A stretch of 64,000 nucleotides of DNA from Microbacterium sp. (GTDB lineage Bacteria; Actinomycetota; Actinomycetes; Actinomycetales; Microbacteriaceae). Both the position numbers and the translations under genes were made by a program. Location: contig JASGGN010000005.1 in assembly GCA_047605005.1 (NCBI GenBank), positions 13,295 to 77,294 of the forward strand, given 5' to 3'. Every line of letters begins with the position of its first letter. Position 1 is the stretch's first letter. The notes beneath the pieces are model-generated. The model saw nothing but the letters and a program-made list of their open reading frames with translations, was not told the DNA's origin and searched no databases. Positions 61,224 to 64,000 of this stretch are shown here, piece after piece.

Positions 61224-62342
61224 TCAGGCGCGCGGCAGCGCCGCGCGGGCATCGGCGGCGGGCATTCCCGCGGCCGTCATGAGATCGACAGCGAGCGGGC
61301 GGAGCGCACCGATCAGAGCCAGATCGAGGCTCGTCCCCCCTCCGCCGAGCGCGACCGGGTCCAGTCGCGCAGCGACCGCGCGCACCGCCTCACGTGCCGC
61401 CGGCTCGTAGGAGATGTCGGTGAGCGCGTCGCTGATCAGCCGCGCTCCAGCGGCGAGCTCGGCGAGCAGGTCCGCGGTCACGGGGCGCGCCGAGCCGTCG
61501 TCGCACAGGTACACGATGCGCCGTGCGATCACGCGCAGATTGCGGCCGGCCAGATCCAGCTGCGCGCGGACGCGCTCCTGCCTGTCGAACTCGGCGCGCT
61601 GCCGACGCAGGAACGGAGATATCTTCGCGATCGCCGCACCCGACTCGATTCCCGCGCGCCACAGTTCGATCGGGCCGTCCAAGGCGCGAGCCTTCGTGAG
61701 TCCGCGCTCGGCGCGGCGACGGTCGCCCCGCCGCAACGCCTGGACGAGGGTCGACGCCGCGGAGTCGAACTTGGCCAGCGCGGCGACGCCCTCCCGCGTG
61801 ACGCTTCGCAGCGGACTGCGCGGGACGAGAGCCGTCACCAGCAGTGCCGCGACAGCTCCGATGATGCCGTCGATCACGCGCACGAAGGGCACGCTGGCCG
61901 GGATCACCAGGACGATCGCGGACTGGATCGCGGCCGCGATCGCGAAGGCGGGATTGTCCGACAGGAACCGCGCGACGACGAGGCTCGCCGAAAGCGTCAG
62001 CGCCAGCTGCCACCAGCCGATCCCCGCGACGAAGACGATGAGCTCGGCGATCAGGATGCCGACGACCATCCCGGTCACGGTCTCGAGCACGCGCCGGGGA
62101 CGGGCGTCGCGGACGAACCCGAGGCTCGAGACGGTGACCGTCGCCGTCACGAGCGGAGTGGTGTGACCGAGGACGTCGTGCGCGATCGCGAAGGCGGCGG
62201 TCGCCGCGACGACGACCTGGATGATCGCCGGCAGAGACTCCCGCACGCGCTGCATCCCGGGCCGCGGAGAGAGGCGGGCGCGCAGCCCGGAGCGAACCGC
62301 GACAGCCTCTGTCAGCGGGGCGGGGACATCCTTCGCCATCAT
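61224..62342 (-). CDS. FUSC / aromatic acid exporter family membrane protein
   Basis: N-terminal TM block (LGH..P..A...SSLG...R..E...G), helical C-terminus. Confidence 0.82.
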   Translation of the reverse strand: MMAKDVPAPLTEAVAVRSGLRARLSPRPGMQRVRESLPAIIQVVVAATAAFAIAHDVLGHTTPLVTATVTVSSLGFVRDARPRRVLETVTGMVVGILIAELIVFVAGIGWWQLALTLSASLVVARFLSDNPAFAIAAAIQSAIVLVIPASVPFVRVIDGIIGAVAALLVTALVPRSPLRSVTREGVAALAKFDSAASTLVQALRRGDRRRAERGLTKARALDGPIELWRAGIESGAAIAKISPFLRRQRAEFDRQERVRAQLDLAGRNLRVIARRIVYLCDDGSARPVTADLLAELAAGARLISDALTDISYEPAAREAVRAVAARLDPVALGGGGTSLDLALIGALRPLAVDLMTAAGMPAADARAALPRA

Positions 62343-62344
62343 CG

Positions 62345-63448
62345 TCAGCGTCGACGCGAGAGCCGGGGAAGTCGCGGGACGGCGGCGGTGCGTCCGGCAT
62401 CCGGCGGGACGATCGTCTCCTGCGCGGCGGCGATCTCGCCGTCACAGGTCGCGACGCGGAGCGGCGCCTCGACCGGAACCGCCCGCTTGATGAGGGCGAG
62501 GGCGATGGGGCCGTCCTCGAAGTGACGCGCCGATGACGTCACCGCCCCGACGACCTCGCCGTCGTACGAGACGTCGGCCCCCGAGCCCGGCAGGGCGCCG
62601 CCGGTGCCGTCGAGCTGCAGCGCCACCAGGCGCCGCGGCGGATGACCGAGGTTGTGCACCTTCGCGACCGTCTCCTGCCCGCGGTAGCACCCCTTGTCGA
62701 GGTGCACCGCCGTGCGCAGCCAGTCCACCTCGTGCGGCAGGGTGCGGCCGTCGGCCTCACGAGCCGCGGTCGGACGCCAGGCAGCCACACGCAGGGCCTC
62801 GGCCGCGAGCTGCCCGGCGATCGGCCGGGTTCCGGCGGTCGCAGCGCGCGCGACGCGCTCGTATTCGTCCCGACCGACGATCGCCTCCGCCCAGTCGCGG
62901 TCCGCGCCGGGGTGGGGAGCGGTCGCGGCGTACCCCCAGCCCCCGTCGGCGACGCCGGGCCAGGGGTCGCGCCAGACGGCCGTCGCGACCAACGACGCGA
63001 CCGCTGCCGCGCTCCCGCCGATGACGTGGTGCGTGGCCGAGGCGTCTTGCGGGTCGACGTGCAACCGGAACCGCATCCGGTTCAGCCACGCCAGCAGCGT
63101 CGCCGCCCGCGGCCGGTCGACGATCAGCCACGTGCGCTCACCGTCGTCGACAGCGGCCGCCGCGTGCTCGACGTGCCCGTGCGGATCGAGCACGAGCAGC
63201 TCGGTGCTGTGGCCCGGCGGGAGAGAGGCGAGCGCCTGCGAGGTGATCGAGTCGAGCCAGCTGAGCCGATCGGCACCGGCGACCGTCAGGACCGCGCGAG
63301 CCTCCAGCGGCGCAACGGCGAGACCGGATGCCAGGGCGCGCTGTTCGCGGTGCGGCGAGCCGACGTGGGCGAGCCCGTCGTCATCGAAGACCGCGCCGGG
63401 GACCGCCGCGAACGCATCCGCGGCCGGGGCGAGCATGCCGCCGCTCAT
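62345..63448 (-). CDS. ygfZ: YgfZ/GcvT-like folate-binding protein
   Basis: KGCYRGQE motif, G.DRLSWL. Confidence 0.9.
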   Translation of the reverse strand: MSGGMLAPAADAFAAVPGAVFDDDGLAHVGSPHREQRALASGLAVAPLEARAVLTVAGADRLSWLDSITSQALASLPPGHSTELLVLDPHGHVEHAAAAVDDGERTWLIVDRPRAATLLAWLNRMRFRLHVDPQDASATHHVIGGSAAAVASLVATAVWRDPWPGVADGGWGYAATAPHPGADRDWAEAIVGRDEYERVARAATAGTRPIAGQLAAEALRVAAWRPTAAREADGRTLPHEVDWLRTAVHLDKGCYRGQETVAKVHNLGHPPRRLVALQLDGTGGALPGSGADVSYDGEVVGAVTSSARHFEDGPIALALIKRAVPVEAPLRVATCDGEIAAAQETIVPPDAGRTAAVPRLPRLSRRR

Positions 63449-64000
63449 TCCACCCGCGCCAGTCGCGCCGAGGCGTGCGAGGCGAGCGGCTCACCGAGGG
63501 CGGCGACGTCCCACGCCCACAACAGGTGACCGTCGACATAGCCGTACATGCGCGTCGCGGCGGAGTAGGCCTTGGCGCTCGCCGGCCGGACGATCGCGTC
63601 GGATGCCAGGTCGATGCGCGGCCCGCGGACCTGCCCCAGGTACAGCTCGCTGGAGCCGTCGGAGTGGACGATCGCGACCTCCAGGTCGAATCCGCCCTGC
63701 GCGCCGCGGAGCGCCTCGATGTCGTCAGCCGTGCGCACGGCGCGAGCACCGCGCGCCGGCAGCAGCGCCGGTCCGGGATCCGCGTCGGAAGCGGCGCGGG
63801 CGAGTCGCCAGAACCCGGTCTCCGCGACCAGGGGCGTGCGCGCGCCGTCGTCGGCGAGCAGCCAGGCGCTCGCGGAATAGTTGACGTAGTCGCCGCCGTC
63901 GTGACTGAAACTGGCCCGATAGCCGAACTCGCCGCCGACACGCGTGCCGTCGACCCCGTAGTCGATGACCCCGGTGCCTTCCCAGACGCCCAGCAGCCAG
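63445..64000 (-). CDS. FABP/nitrobindin-like protein (5' end outside the window)
   Basis: WLLGVWEGTG, SFSHDG, ETGFWR, RMYGYVDG.L.WAWD, HASARL. Confidence 0.85.
   Translation of the reverse strand, partial: WLLGVWEGTGVIDYGVDGTRVGGEFGYRASFSHDGGDYVNYSASAWLLADDGARTPLVAETGFWRLARAASDADPGPALLPARGARAVRTADDIEALRGAQGGFDLEVAIVHSDGSSELYLGQVRGPRIDLASDAIVRPASAKAYSAATRMYGYVDGHLLWAWDVAALGEPLASHASARLARVE

Overview
High-GC (about 70%) actinobacterial chromosome segment. Gene content and order point to Microbacteriaceae, probably Microbacterium. The left part (about 0.3-18.7 kb, beside tRNA-Arg(CCT)) is accessory. It holds two paralogous MFS transporters, a NarL/LuxR two-component system whose regulator is split by an intact ISAzo13-family IS, several small membrane proteins, a TetR-flanked redox cluster (Zn-ADH, isochorismatase-like, MftG-like GMC oxidoreductase, luciferase-like and 2OG-Fe(II) oxygenases), an XRE module and a DUF222-HNH gene with a PafBC-type promoter. 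The rest is mostly core genome: the LexA-boxed imuA'-imuB-dnaE2 cassette, HNH nuclease, M23 peptidase, DtxR/IdeR, serC, GH3, cold-shock genes, XPB pair, OmpR-type TCS, WXG100, groEL with two CIRCE boxes, msrB, tRNA-Thr, sugar ABC ATPase, rlmB, cysS, ispDF, carD, senX3/regX3, phoU, gpmA and ygfZ. Most notable observations: the cysS HIGH motif reads GIHH; the heptamer GGCATCC/GGATGCC is strongly iterated on both strands; a uORF-plus-terminator leader precedes the HNH nuclease; a three-site operator motif outlines the regulon of the IS-broken regulator; a 27-bp direct repeat sits at the XPB 3' end. All coordinates and counts were read by eye, and product calls rest on motif recognition, not database searches.
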